A stretch of DNA of 64,000 nucleotides from Anaerolineae bacterium (GTDB lineage Bacteria > Chloroflexota > Anaerolineae > J036 > Brachytrichaceae), in contig JAIMBB010000002.1 of NCBI GenBank assembly GCA_023511655.1, positions 928 through 64,927 of the forward strand. Reading direction: 5' to 3'. Shown piece by piece: positions 46,424 through 56,359 of this stretch. Below the pieces are notes generated by a model that saw only the letters and a list, made by a program, of their open reading frames with translations, was not told the origin of the DNA and searched no databases. The number at the start of each line of letters is the position of its first letter. Within the stretch, counting starts at the first letter, position 1. The position numbers and the translations under genes are program-made.

Positions 46424-47233
46424 ATGGCGCGCAGTTGGCGTTACGATGAGCACACTTGGCCAGAGATCAAAGCCCGCATCGCCGAGCAACCCGTGGTCGT
46501 GTTGCCTATTGGTGCGGTGGAGGATCACGGCCTGCACATGGCGCTCAACACCGATAACGTCATCCTGGAGGGCATCATCCACGCCGCAGCCCAGCGCGCA
46601 CCCGATGACATGATCGTCTTGCCCACTATCCCCTATGGCTTCGATGAGCACCACATGGACTTCCCCGGCACGATCAGCATCGGGCTACACACGCTGATAG
46701 ACTTCGCCAGCGATGTGGCCATCAGCGTTGCGCGCCACGGCTTCACCCACATCCTCATCGCCAACGGCCATGGGAGCAACCATCCCATCTGCGACTTGGT
46801 GGCTCGCAATGTGGTGATCGCGACCGGCGTGATCTGCGCCAGCATGTCGCCGAACGCTGCCGTGGATCCGACGCTGGCCCAGGACGTGATCGTCACCGAA
46901 CGCAAGAGCGGCATGGGCGGCATCGCCCATGCCTGCGAGTATGAGACCAGCATGATGCTGTATCTGCGCCCCGATCTGGTGGACATGGCGCTGGCCGAGG
47001 CCGATCGCGGCCAGCTCAGGCTCAAATACTTCAACTGGGATCATGGCGAGCCGAGCGCGCTGAGCTGGCAGGACTGGTGGAGCCGCTTCTCGCGAAACGG
47101 CGTGGCCGGCGACGCCACCGTCGCTACGGCCGCCTTCGGCGAACGCTGCTTCAACGTGACGGTCGAACGGTTCATCGAGTTGGTGCGCGAATTCCGCACC
47201 ATCCCAATCAAGCCTCGCACCGATCACCACTGA
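46424..47233 (+). CDS. Creatininase-family amidohydrolase
   Basis: LPIGAVEDHGLHMALNTD and ANGHGSN motifs. Confidence 0.85.
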   Translation: MARSWRYDEHTWPEIKARIAEQPVVVLPIGAVEDHGLHMALNTDNVILEGIIHAAAQRAPDDMIVLPTIPYGFDEHHMDFPGTISIGLHTLIDFASDVAISVARHGFTHILIANGHGSNHPICDLVARNVVIATGVICASMSPNAAVDPTLAQDVIVTERKSGMGGIAHACEYETSMMLYLRPDLVDMALAEADRGQLRLKYFNWDHGEPSALSWQDWWSRFSRNGVAGDATVATAAFGERCFNVTVERFIELVREFRTIPIKPRTDHH

Positions 47234-47254
47234 TGCCCCAAACCCCAACCCGAC

Positions 47255-47923
47255 ATGACCTCAACATCCGACATCTTCGTCACGGTTGACATCGTGATCT
47301 TCACCCTGCGCAATGGCGATTTGCAAGTGTTGCTGGTGAAACGGAAGACGCCGCCTTTCGAGGGACGTTGGGCGATTCCCGGCGGGTTCGTCCAACACGA
47401 CGAATCGCTCGAAGATGCCGCAGCGCGCGTGTTGTTCGAAGAAGCGGGTGTGCGCGGTGTGCACATCGAACAGCTCTACACCTTCGGCACGTTGGATCGT
47501 GACCCGCGCGGGCGCATGGTGACGGTGGCCTATTTCGCGCTGGTGCCGTCGCCGCTGGCGCTGCACGCCGGCAACAGCACGGCCGATGCGCAGTGGAAGT
47601 CGGTGTATGCCCTGCCAGAGATGGCCTTCGACCACGCCGAGATCGTGAGCTACGCGCTCAGGCGCCTGCGCTATAAGCTGGAATACACCGCGGTCGGCTT
47701 TCAGTTGCTGCCCAAAACCTTCACCCTCAGTCAGTTGCAGAAGGCCTACGAGACGGTGCTGGGCGAACGCCTGGACAAGCGCAACTTCCGCCGGCGCATT
47801 TTGCAGGCTCAGGTGATCGAAGAGACCGGCGAGATGCAAAGCGGCGAGGGCCGTCCCGCCAAGCTGTATCGCTATCGCGAGGATGCCGTGGCCGAGGTGA
47901 AGGCCAGGCGCCTGTTCCCCTGA
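47255..47923 (+). CDS. NrtR-like regulator (Nudix domain fused to a C-terminal winged helix)
   Basis: Nudix fold (GRWAIPGGFV...EEAGV) followed by LEYTAVGFQLLPKTFTLSQLQKAYETVLGERLDKRNFRRR, which is typical of the NrtR DNA-binding domain. Confidence 0.75.
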   Translation: MTSTSDIFVTVDIVIFTLRNGDLQVLLVKRKTPPFEGRWAIPGGFVQHDESLEDAAARVLFEEAGVRGVHIEQLYTFGTLDRDPRGRMVTVAYFALVPSPLALHAGNSTADAQWKSVYALPEMAFDHAEIVSYALRRLRYKLEYTAVGFQLLPKTFTLSQLQKAYETVLGERLDKRNFRRRILQAQVIEETGEMQSGEGRPAKLYRYREDAVAEVKARRLFP

Positions 47924-47939
47924 TGCCCTGCCAAGCCGC

Positions 47940-49625
47940 TTAGCGAATCGGCCGGCGCGCGGCTGCGCTGAGCACGTCTACGACGAAAGTCAGCACGAAC
48001 AGCGCAATGAGCGTAGAGAGCAACCCCGGATAGTCGAAGCTGCTCAACTGTTCGGTCAGCAAACGCCCCAGCCCACCGGCCCCTACGAAGCCGACGATCA
48101 CCGTCTCGCGCGCGCAGACCTCCCACCGGTAGAAGATGTAGGCCAGCGATTGCGGGATGGTCATTGGCAGCGTGCTGTAGAGAAAAGCGTGGGCAGGCGG
48201 CGTGCCGCCGTGTCGCAACACGCGCATCGGCCGCTGATCCACGTTCTCCACTGCCTCGGCGATCAGCCGGCCCAGGATGCCCAGGTTGTGCACGGCGATT
48301 GCCAGCGCACCGGGCAACGGGCCGGGGAACATGACGAACAGGAACAGCAGCGCCCAGACCGGCGCAGGGATGGCACGCAAGAAGAGGAGTGAGCCGCGGG
48401 CCAGCCAATACGGCCAGCGCGCGCCCATCGCCCGCCGCGCGGCCGGCTGTGCCAGCACGATGCCGAACGCGCCGGCGACGGCGATGGCGAAGATGGACAT
48501 GGCCAGCGTCTGCAGCGAGAGCTGAAGGAGGCTGGCCATGTTCTCCGCCGACAAGTCTGGGGGGAACATCTCGCGCACCATCTGGCCGAAGAGCATCTGT
48601 GTGCGTGGCGAAAACAGCCGGCCAAAATCGGGCCGGATGTAGAGCAACGACAGCGGCACCAACGCAGCGCCCACCACCAGCAAGCCCAGCAGGGTGCGCG
48701 AGGACGGCGTGGCGCGGGCCAGTGCGGCGGCCTGGGCATCGCAACCAGGGGCCAGGTTCACCTCCAGCCGGGTGGGCGCGCCGAGGACCTGGCGCACGCG
48801 CGCGCTCAGCCAGTCGGTTGCGCCGCTGAGCGCGATCAAAGCTGCTATCAGCGTCCACATCTCGCCATAGCGCAGCGATTGCAGGCTGAGCAGGACCTGG
48901 TAGCCCAGGCCGCCGGCGCCGATCACGCCCAGCACGGTGGCCGAACGGATGGCACACTCCAGGCGATAGAACGAATACGAGAGTAAGTTCGGGAAGGCGC
49001 GCGGCAATAAGCCGTAGAGCAGCGCCTGGCCAGCCGGCACGCCACCGTTGAGCAGCCCACGCAACGCATCGCGCGGCGTCTCGTCCAGGATCTCGGAGAA
49101 CACCTTGGCGGTGATTGCCCCGAACGGAATGCCCAGTGCCAGGATCGCCACCAGCGGGTCAAGGCCCAGGATCTTGACCAGGAAGAGGCCCCAGATCACC
49201 TCGTGGATGGCGCGTGGCACGGCCAGCCCGCCCCGCACGGCCAACCAGGGCGCCCCCAACTTGCTGCCGGAGGTCCGACGATGGGATAGCCACCATACCT
49301 CAGACGAGAGCAATCCACCGGCCAGGCCGATCACCAGACTGAGCGCCAACCCACAGATGGCATAGGCAAAGGTGACGAGGGTGGACTCCAGCGTCAGGCG
49401 CAGGAAGTCTGCGCTCAGCTCCGGGCGCAGGGCAGCAGCGAAGAACTGCTGAACCAGTGCCCACCCACCGCCGTTGATCAAGTTGCCGCGCAATAGCCCC
49501 ACCTGAGTCGTCGCCCAGGCAATGGCCAGCAGCGTCACCAGGACGACCAGGCGCGCGCCGTTGAAGAAACTGCGCAGCGACAGGGGCAACGCCGGCCTGT
49601 GCCGGGTGGCAGATGATGCGCTCAT
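47940..49625 (-). CDS. phnE: Phosphonate/phosphite-type ABC transporter permease, duplicated PhnE
   Basis: 561 aa with two PhnE-like halves. In an operon with phnC and phnD. Confidence 0.85.
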   Translation of the reverse strand: MSASSATRHRPALPLSLRSFFNGARLVVLVTLLAIAWATTQVGLLRGNLINGGGWALVQQFFAAALRPELSADFLRLTLESTLVTFAYAICGLALSLVIGLAGGLLSSEVWWLSHRRTSGSKLGAPWLAVRGGLAVPRAIHEVIWGLFLVKILGLDPLVAILALGIPFGAITAKVFSEILDETPRDALRGLLNGGVPAGQALLYGLLPRAFPNLLSYSFYRLECAIRSATVLGVIGAGGLGYQVLLSLQSLRYGEMWTLIAALIALSGATDWLSARVRQVLGAPTRLEVNLAPGCDAQAAALARATPSSRTLLGLLVVGAALVPLSLLYIRPDFGRLFSPRTQMLFGQMVREMFPPDLSAENMASLLQLSLQTLAMSIFAIAVAGAFGIVLAQPAARRAMGARWPYWLARGSLLFLRAIPAPVWALLFLFVMFPGPLPGALAIAVHNLGILGRLIAEAVENVDQRPMRVLRHGGTPPAHAFLYSTLPMTIPQSLAYIFYRWEVCARETVIVGFVGAGGLGRLLTEQLSSFDYPGLLSTLIALFVLTFVVDVLSAAARRPIR

Positions 49626-50380
49626 GCCTCGGCCTTGCGGATGCGATACAGCGCTTCGACCATCCCCGGCGTGACCTGGCCGGCGGGCAGGTCGAACATC
49701 ACATGGCCCGCCCGCAGGCCGATCATCCGCTCGCAGTGGCTATAGGCATACTCGATGGCGTGCAGGCTGACCACCAGCGTCTTGTTGAAGCGATCACAGA
49801 GCTCGCGCAGCAGCGTCATGATCTCGCGGCTGCGCTCCGGGTCAACGCTGGAGATCGGCTCGTCGGCCAGGATGACCACCGGGTCTTGCACCAGCACGCG
49901 GGCGATGGCTACCCGCTGCTGCTGGCCGCCGGAGAGGGTGTCGGTGCGCGCGTAAAGTTTGTCGGCGATTCCCACATCGGCCAGCGCGCGGGCGGCGCTC
50001 TGGCGCTCCAGCGGGACGATCAACGAGAGCATGGCCCTGGCCAGCGACCAGCGCCCCAGATGTCCGGCGTTGACGTTGTGAATCACGCTCAGGTTAGGCA
50101 CCAGGTGAAACTGTTGATACACCGTGCCGATTTGGCGTTGGATGCGGCGCAGGGCGCGCACCGAAAGCCGGGTGGGGTCCTCGCCCAACAGCCGCACTTG
50201 TCCCTCGCTGGGAGCCAGGGAACCGTTAAGCAAGCTGAGCAGCGTGCTTTTGCCCGCGCCGCTGGGGCCGATCAAAGCGACCCGCTCGCCAGCCTTGACT
50301 TGCAGCGAAACCTCGCTCAGCGCCGTGAACGAGCCGTAGCGCACCGTCACCTTGTGTAGCTCAAAGATCGGGTCAGTCAT
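49622..50380 (-). CDS. phnC: Phosphonate-type ABC transporter ATP-binding protein
   Basis: GPSGAGKST, LSGGQQQR, ILADEP. The start is taken at MTDPIFELHKV. Confidence 0.9.
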   Translation of the reverse strand: MTDPIFELHKVTVRYGSFTALSEVSLQVKAGERVALIGPSGAGKSTLLSLLNGSLAPSEGQVRLLGEDPTRLSVRALRRIQRQIGTVYQQFHLVPNLSVIHNVNAGHLGRWSLARAMLSLIVPLERQSAARALADVGIADKLYARTDTLSGGQQQRVAIARVLVQDPVVILADEPISSVDPERSREIMTLLRELCDRFNKTLVVSLHAIEYAYSHCERMIGLRAGHVMFDLPAGQVTPGMVEALYRIRKAEA

Positions 50381-50443
50381 CAAGCCAGCACGTGAGGAGG
50401 GATGGCCAGCCCACCTGAGCGCTTCGGCCATCCCTGCTGGGTC

Positions 50444-51382
50444 TCACTTGATCTTGCCGATCTCGCGGCCGATCGCCTCGATGTCGACGTAGTTCTCGTT
50501 CTTGGTCTCGATGAACTTCTGCGCGCCGAACAGATCCAGGATCTCTTTGTGGGTCGGGTTGGCCTGGTCGAGGGCGAGGAAGGCCTGCTTCACGCGCCCA
50601 ATGAAGCCGGCGCCGAAGTTCTGTTCCACGTCTGGGCGCACGATCCAGTGATAGTCGTAGTAGGGCGGGGTGCGCCAGATCACGATTACCTTGCTGGTGT
50701 CCACCTCGCCGCTCTTGACGCGTGCTTCCCAGACCTGCGCGTTGAGCGCGCCGGCGTCGTACGAGCCGGCCTCCACCAGCTTGATGGTCTTATCGTGTGA
50801 GCCGGAGAAGCCCGGCTCGCCCTTCAAGTCTGAGAGGGACAGGCCGGCCTGGCGCATGAAGAACTGTGGCATCAGCCGACCAGAGGTGGACGATTCACTG
50901 CCAAAGGTGAAGGTGCGACCCTTCAGCCCCATCAGCCCGCTGATGTCCTCGAAGGGCTGAATGCCGGTGGCGACATTGGCGATGAACACGCTGCGGAACT
51001 TCTCATCAATATCGCGCTGGATGATGGCCTGGGCGCCATCCACCTGCAGGCGCGCCTGCACGCCGGTCAGGCCGCCAAACCAGGCCATATCCACATCGCC
51101 GGTCTTGAAGGCGTTGACGACGGCGGTGTAGTCCGTTACCGGCTTATAGACCACTTCGACGCCTAGCTCGGCTTTGAGATATTCCGCCAGCTTGCCGTAC
51201 AGGCGATTGAGCTTCTCCGGGTCCTGGTCGGGGATGGCCGAGATGACAAAGGGCTTCGTCGGTGCCGGCGCGGCGGGTTGCGAAGCAGGGGCCGCGGCCG
51301 GCGGCGGCGCAGCGCAGGCAGCCACCGCCGCCGATATACATAGAGCGAGGGCAAGACGTGTTTTTTGTTGAGATCGAAACAT
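50444..51382 (-). CDS. phnD: Phosphate/phosphite/phosphonate ABC substrate-binding lipoprotein
   Basis: 312 aa. Lipobox-like AVAAC and the PhnD family pattern (FVISAIPDQDPEKL, TSGRLMP). Confidence 0.85.
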   Translation of the reverse strand: MFRSQQKTRLALALCISAAVAACAAPPPAAAPASQPAAPAPTKPFVISAIPDQDPEKLNRLYGKLAEYLKAELGVEVVYKPVTDYTAVVNAFKTGDVDMAWFGGLTGVQARLQVDGAQAIIQRDIDEKFRSVFIANVATGIQPFEDISGLMGLKGRTFTFGSESSTSGRLMPQFFMRQAGLSLSDLKGEPGFSGSHDKTIKLVEAGSYDAGALNAQVWEARVKSGEVDTSKVIVIWRTPPYYDYHWIVRPDVEQNFGAGFIGRVKQAFLALDQANPTHKEILDLFGAQKFIETKNENYVDIEAIGREIGKIK

Positions 51383-51693
51383 CGTGACTCCTTTCGATTA
51401 CAGTGACCTAAGTTGGCAAAGCGCGTGTGTGACGGCGGTTTCCGCCCCACGCCGGCGCGCCCTGGTCATGCTCGAAAGCAGCCCGATGGATCGGTGTGGC
51501 CGAGGACCACGGCGAGGCTGGCGAGGACGACGGAGCTGCCCGAACAGCGCGACACGCGCGCCGAAGATCGCGCAGTTCAGCGATAGCTCGTTCGGTTCAA
51601 TCGCATCTGTCCTCACCTCCTTTCGACCGTTCGGCTGTCGGAATGCCCGGCATGATAACGCAAACGGCGCTGCATATCAGGTAAGATGCGGGC

Positions 51694-52746
51694 GTGACGA
51701 CGGGCAGAAAGATCAAGCTCACGTCGCTCGCGTCGTGCGCCGGTTGAGCAGGCAAATTGAGTCCTGCGACTCTGGCCGCCGTGTTGCGACCGCTCCAGCA
51801 CCGCTTCAAGCCCGAGGACCATCCAAACCTGTTGATCGGCCTCGGTCAGCCGGACGATGCCGCTGTGTATCGTCTGTCGGATCAGCACGCCATCGTCCAG
51901 ACGGTGGATTTCTTCACACCGGTGGTGGACGATGCCTACGCCTACGGCGCCATCGCGGCGGCCAACGCGCTCAGCGACGTGTATGCCATGGGCGGCGAAG
52001 TCCTGTTCGCTCTCAACATCGCCGCCCTGCCCGACGATTTGCCCGACGAAGTAGTGAGCGACATTTTGCGCGGCGGGGCCGATAAAGTGGCCGAGGCCGG
52101 CGGCGTCATCGCCGGCGGCCACACCATCCGCGATAAAGAGCCGAAGTATGGCCTGTGTGTGACCGGCATCGTAGATCCGGCGCAGGCGATGACCAAGGGT
52201 GGTGCCCGACCTGGCGACGTGCTCGCGTTGACCAAGCCGCTGGGCGTGGGCGTCGTCACCACTGCCATCAAGCGCGACCTGGTTGCGCCGGATGAGGTGG
52301 ATGCAGCCATTGCCAGCATGATGCGCCTGAACCGCGACGCTGCGCGCGCGGCGCGCCGGCTGGGCGCACGCGGTGGCACCGACATCACCGGCTACGGTCT
52401 GCTGGGCCACGCCCTGGAGATGGCCAACAGCGCTGGCGTATGCTTCCGCTTCTACTGGCATGCCCTGCCTTTCCTGCCCGGCGCATTGAAGCACGGCCAG
52501 AACTGGGTCTTCCCCGGTGGCGCCGCGACCAACGAAGACACCTACAAACATCAAGTGCAGTTCGACCCTGCGCTGGAAAGCTGGCAGCGCATGATGATCT
52601 TCGACCCTGAGACCAGCGGTGGGCTGCTCATCGCCATCGCCGCGGATAAGGCCGATGCGCTGGTGCGCGAATTGCAGTCCGGCGGCGACCAGGCCTTCGT
52701 CATCGGCGAGGTGGTCGAGGGAAACGGCATCGTCGTGATGACCTAA
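51694..52746 (+). CDS. selD: Selenide, water dikinase (selenophosphate synthetase) with in-frame UGA = selenocysteine at 51745-51747
   Basis: The track ORF (51757-52746) lacks the SelD N-terminus. Reading upstream in frame gives V-TTGRKIKLTSLASCAG-U-AGKLSPATL, which aligns with E. coli [20 protein letters not shown] (Cys17/Lys20). The body has AIR-synthase-like SelD motifs (DDAAVY, VDFFTP, DVYAMGG). Confidence 0.8.
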
Positions 52747-52789
52747 TGACCCGATGACCTAATGACCTGATGACCTGATGACGTGGTGA
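52742..52789. repeat. Tandem octamer array CCTRATGA (6 copies), complement of the GGTCATCA family
   Basis: Read directly. It starts within the selD stop codon region and ends 3 nt before ATG 52792. Confidence 0.9.
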
Positions 52790-52791
52790 CC

Positions 52792-53493
52792 ATGCGTGAC
52801 GACCTCTCGCTCACCTTCACCGTGCTGCCCGATGCCTTTGCCGTGTGCCGGCTGAACGCGGATGCATCCATCCCCGCCTGGGTGCTGGGCGATGGTTTCT
52901 TCTCCATTACGCGCACCGACGATGAACTATCGGTGGTGTGTCGCGCGGCGCACGCGCCCGGCGATGCCAGCTGCGAACGCGGCTGGCGTCTCCTCAAGCT
53001 GGGCGGGCCGTTTGACTTTGGGCAGGTTGGCATCCTGGCGGCGGTGGCCGGCCCGCTGGCCGAAGCGCGCGTTGCTCTCCTTGCCATCTCCACCTACGAC
53101 ACCGACTATCTGCTGGTGAAGGCCGATCAGTTGGAGCAGGCTATTGCCGTGCTCACCCGCGCCGGCCATTCGGTGAAGGTCGCCGATGCCGACGAGCGCA
53201 TCGCCGTCAGGTGCGCCTGGCGTCCGCCGAACAGCCAGGTGCGCCTGCATGCCACGTTCGATGCGCAGGTGATCGAATATGATGCCGCACAGGATCGCTG
53301 GTTGGTGCGACTGACCGGCCTGTGCACAACCGACGCCGACCCCGCTGCTCGCGCATTGATCGAGGCTCAGATCGGTCGGTGGGCGTACGTGCCCAGCGAA
53401 GCGCGGCGCGGCCTGACATTGCCGCTGAAATATGAGACACTCACAGGCGGCATCCGTTTCTTCTATACCGATGATCCACGCGAGAGGAGGTGA
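52792..53493 (+). CDS. ACT-domain protein with an uncharacterised C-terminal extension
   Basis: N-terminal ACT_7/CASTOR-like pattern (FAVCRL...FFSITRTDDELSVVC...GWRLLKL.GPFDF...GILA...ISTYDTDYLLV) plus about 100 further aa. Confidence 0.65.
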   Translation: MRDDLSLTFTVLPDAFAVCRLNADASIPAWVLGDGFFSITRTDDELSVVCRAAHAPGDASCERGWRLLKLGGPFDFGQVGILAAVAGPLAEARVALLAISTYDTDYLLVKADQLEQAIAVLTRAGHSVKVADADERIAVRCAWRPPNSQVRLHATFDAQVIEYDAAQDRWLVRLTGLCTTDADPAARALIEAQIGRWAYVPSEARRGLTLPLKYETLTGGIRFFYTDDPRERR

Positions 53494-53497
53494 AGCT

Positions 53498-55138
53498 ATG
53501 CCAACCGCAAAATCTTCAACCAAACGCACGACGTCGCGGACTCGCAGACAGGCCAGGCGGCCGACGACTTTTCAGATCACCTATGCCAACCTCAGCAGTG
53601 CCCTGAGCGACCCCGACATGTTGGCGCGTTTCGACAAGGCGTTCGCCAAAGTGCGCGCCAACGTGGGCGAACACGCGCGCACTTACCCGATGCTCATCGG
53701 CGGCGCCGAGCGATTCGCCGACGTGCAATTTGCCAAAACCACGCCAATCAACACAGGGTTGACCATCGGCTACTTCCAGAAAGGCACTGCCCAGGACGCC
53801 CACGACGCCATCGCCGCGGCCCGGACGGCCTTCCCGGCCTGGAGCGGGTTGTCCTGGCGACGGCGCGTCTCGCTTATGCGCAAGGTGGCCGTGCTGATCA
53901 ACCGCCGGTTGTTCGACCTCGCCGCCTGGGTGAGCATCGAGGTGGGCAAGAGCCGGGCCGAGGCCCTCGGCGACGTGAAGGAGACCGCCGATCTGATTGA
54001 CTATTACTGCGATCAGATGGAAGCCAACGACGGCTTCGTGCGGGAGTTGCTGCCGGAAGGCGGCAAGGGCACTTCGCGCAGCGTGCTCAAGCCCTACGGG
54101 GTGTGGGCAGTCGTGTCACCTTTCAACTTTCCGATGGCGCTGACGGGCGGGCCGGCGGGAGCAGCGCTGATCGCCGGCAACACGGTGGTCATCAAGCCGG
54201 CCAGCGATACGCCGATGACGAGCTGGCTGTTGACGCAATGCCTGCGCGATGCCGGCCTGCCGGCCGGTGTCTTCAACTATGTCACCGGCCCCGGCAGCAC
54301 GGTCGGCGAAGCGCTGGTTACCCACCCCGATGTGGCTGGGATGACCTTTACCGGCTCATTCGCGGTCGGCTTTAACCTGATTCAGCGCTTTAGCCAGACC
54401 ATGCCGCGCCCGCTCATCGCCGAGATGGGCGGCAAGAACGCCGTCATCGTGAGTGACAAGGCCGACCTGGACAAGGCTGCCGAGGGCGTGGTGCGTGCAG
54501 CGTTCGGGCTGAGTGGGCAGAAATGCAGCGCCACCAGCCGCGTCTATGTTCATCGCGCAGTGAAGGATCGCTTCGTGGATTTGCTCAAGCACAAAACCGA
54601 GGCCCTGCGGGTCGGCGACCCGACGCAGGCCGGGGTGTTCACCGGGCCAGTGTGCAACGCAGGCGGCTACCAGACCTTTCAACGCGCGGTGGCCGAGGCG
54701 AGCCGCGACGGCGGCACCGTCATCACCGGCGGGCGCGTGCTCACCGAGGGGGAGCTTGCCAAAGGCTACTTCTGCGCGCTCACCATCGTGGATGGCCTGC
54801 CGCTCGATCACCCGCTGTTCTGCGAAGAGCTGTTCGTGCCATTCCTGCTGATCGGAGCCGTGGACTCGCTGGAACAGGCCCTGGCCGAGGCCAACAAGGT
54901 GACGTATGGGCTGACGGCCGGGTTCTTCAGCAAGGATCGCCGCGAGGTCAGGTATTTCCTCGATCACATTCAGGCCGGCACGGTGTACGTCAACCGTGAG
55001 CGCGGGGCGACTACCGGCGCATGGCCAGGCAACCAGAGCTTCGGCGGCTGGAAGGCCAGCGGCAACACCGGCCGGGGCGCGGGTGGGCCGTACTACTTGC
55101 AGCAATACATGCGCGAGCAGAGCCAGACGGTGTTCTGA
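53498..55138 (+). CDS. Aldehyde dehydrogenase family, 1-pyrroline-5-carboxylate dehydrogenase-like
   Basis: Catalytic EMGGKN and GQKCSA motifs. AGGAGG SD before ATG 53498. Basic N-terminal extension. Confidence 0.8.
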   Translation: MPTAKSSTKRTTSRTRRQARRPTTFQITYANLSSALSDPDMLARFDKAFAKVRANVGEHARTYPMLIGGAERFADVQFAKTTPINTGLTIGYFQKGTAQDAHDAIAAARTAFPAWSGLSWRRRVSLMRKVAVLINRRLFDLAAWVSIEVGKSRAEALGDVKETADLIDYYCDQMEANDGFVRELLPEGGKGTSRSVLKPYGVWAVVSPFNFPMALTGGPAGAALIAGNTVVIKPASDTPMTSWLLTQCLRDAGLPAGVFNYVTGPGSTVGEALVTHPDVAGMTFTGSFAVGFNLIQRFSQTMPRPLIAEMGGKNAVIVSDKADLDKAAEGVVRAAFGLSGQKCSATSRVYVHRAVKDRFVDLLKHKTEALRVGDPTQAGVFTGPVCNAGGYQTFQRAVAEASRDGGTVITGGRVLTEGELAKGYFCALTIVDGLPLDHPLFCEELFVPFLLIGAVDSLEQALAEANKVTYGLTAGFFSKDRREVRYFLDHIQAGTVYVNRERGATTGAWPGNQSFGGWKASGNTGRGAGGPYYLQQYMREQSQTVF

Positions 55139-55180
55139 GTCTGAGCTGCTGGCTGTCCATCGCCGGCCAGGTCGCCGTCG

Positions 55181-56179
55181 TCACAGCGCCACCACCACCC
55201 GCCCGCGCAGCGCGCCCTGCAAGATCGCATCTATCAACGGCGGAAGCTCGCCGAGCGTGATGTCTCGCGCGATGGCGGCCAGTGCGGCCGGCGATGGCTT
55301 CCACTCCTCCGCCAGCCTGCCCCATATCTGCGTTCGCAGCGGCATGTCGGCGGTTGCCGAATCAATGCCTTGCAGCGTCACGCCGCGCAAGATGAAGGGA
55401 TACACCGTGGTATGCAGTTCCGGCGAGGCGACGTTACCGCAGCAGGCCACGCACCCGCCGCGCCTCGTCGCCTTGATGGCCGTAGCCAGGATGTCCCCGC
55501 CGACGGCGTCCACCACGCCAGCCCACCGCTCTTTTAGCAATGCCTTTCCACTCGCATCGCGGGTGTCATCGCGCGAGAGGATCTCCTGTGCTCCGAGTTG
55601 CCGCAACCAGTCGTGCGCCTCGGCTTTGCCTGTCGCTGCAACCACGCGGTAACCCAGCTTGCTCAAGATGGCGACCGCCAGGCTCCCTACGCCACCGCTA
55701 GCACCCGTCACCAACACGTCCCCCGACTCTGGTGTAACCTCGTGCCGTTGTAGCTGATGCACGCTCAAGGCGGCTGTGAAGCCGGCCGTGCCGAACGCCA
55801 TGCTCTCGCGCAATGTCAGGCCATCTGGCCTCTTCACTACCCATGCCGCCGGTACGCGGATGTACTGACCAAAGCCGCCCGGCGTGTTCATGCCCAGGTC
55901 GTAGCCGGTGACGATCACTTCATCGCCGGGCTTGAGACGCGCGCCTGCGCTTTCGACGACTTCGCCGGCAGCGTCAATGCCAGGAGTGTGCGGATAGTGG
56001 CGTGTCACACCTCGGTGACCGGTGGCCGACAGCGCGTCCTTATAGTTCAGCGATGAGTAGCGCACCCGGATTAACGTTTCGTTAGGTGGCAGATCGGCCA
56101 GCTTGCGTGATGCGATGGCACGCTCAAAGCTGCCATCGGGTCGCTCGCTTACCACAAGCGCGACGAATTCTCCTTCCAT
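55181..56179 (-). CDS. YhdH/AcuI-type NADPH-dependent quinone/acrylyl-CoA oxidoreductase (MDR family)
   Basis: IRVRYSSLNYKDALSATG...YPHTPGIDAAGEVV pattern. Confidence 0.85.
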   Translation of the reverse strand: MEGEFVALVVSERPDGSFERAIASRKLADLPPNETLIRVRYSSLNYKDALSATGHRGVTRHYPHTPGIDAAGEVVESAGARLKPGDEVIVTGYDLGMNTPGGFGQYIRVPAAWVVKRPDGLTLRESMAFGTAGFTAALSVHQLQRHEVTPESGDVLVTGASGGVGSLAVAILSKLGYRVVAATGKAEAHDWLRQLGAQEILSRDDTRDASGKALLKERWAGVVDAVGGDILATAIKATRRGGCVACCGNVASPELHTTVYPFILRGVTLQGIDSATADMPLRTQIWGRLAEEWKPSPAALAAIARDITLGELPPLIDAILQGALRGRVVVAL

Positions 56180-56359
56180 AAGCCGATTGTAGCCTCGCCG
56201 GGTGTTGCCCCGATGCTCGAACAAGCAGTTTTTGCAAACGTCTTGCGGCAAATGCGCGGCAAACACATTGACTTTTGCCCTCGGCTAGTTCAAACTCCAA
56301 ATCGGATTTTCACAAGAATCTTTTATAAGACCCCAAGTTAATCTAAGGAGGAGATAAAC

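Noticed and set aside
47940-51382. Phosphonate catabolic (C-P lyase) locus
   Set aside because: Only the phnCDE-type transporter is present. No phnGHIJKLM, phnX/W or ptxD/htxA genes are adjacent, so only uptake can be claimed. The substrate (phosphonate, phosphite or phosphate) is undetermined.
51398-51616. 72-aa ORF upstream of phnD (MRTDAIEPNELSLNC...)
   Set aside because: Its GTG start abuts the SD with no spacing. The product is Arg-rich and low-complexity, and no homolog is recognisable. The region is more likely untranslated leader.
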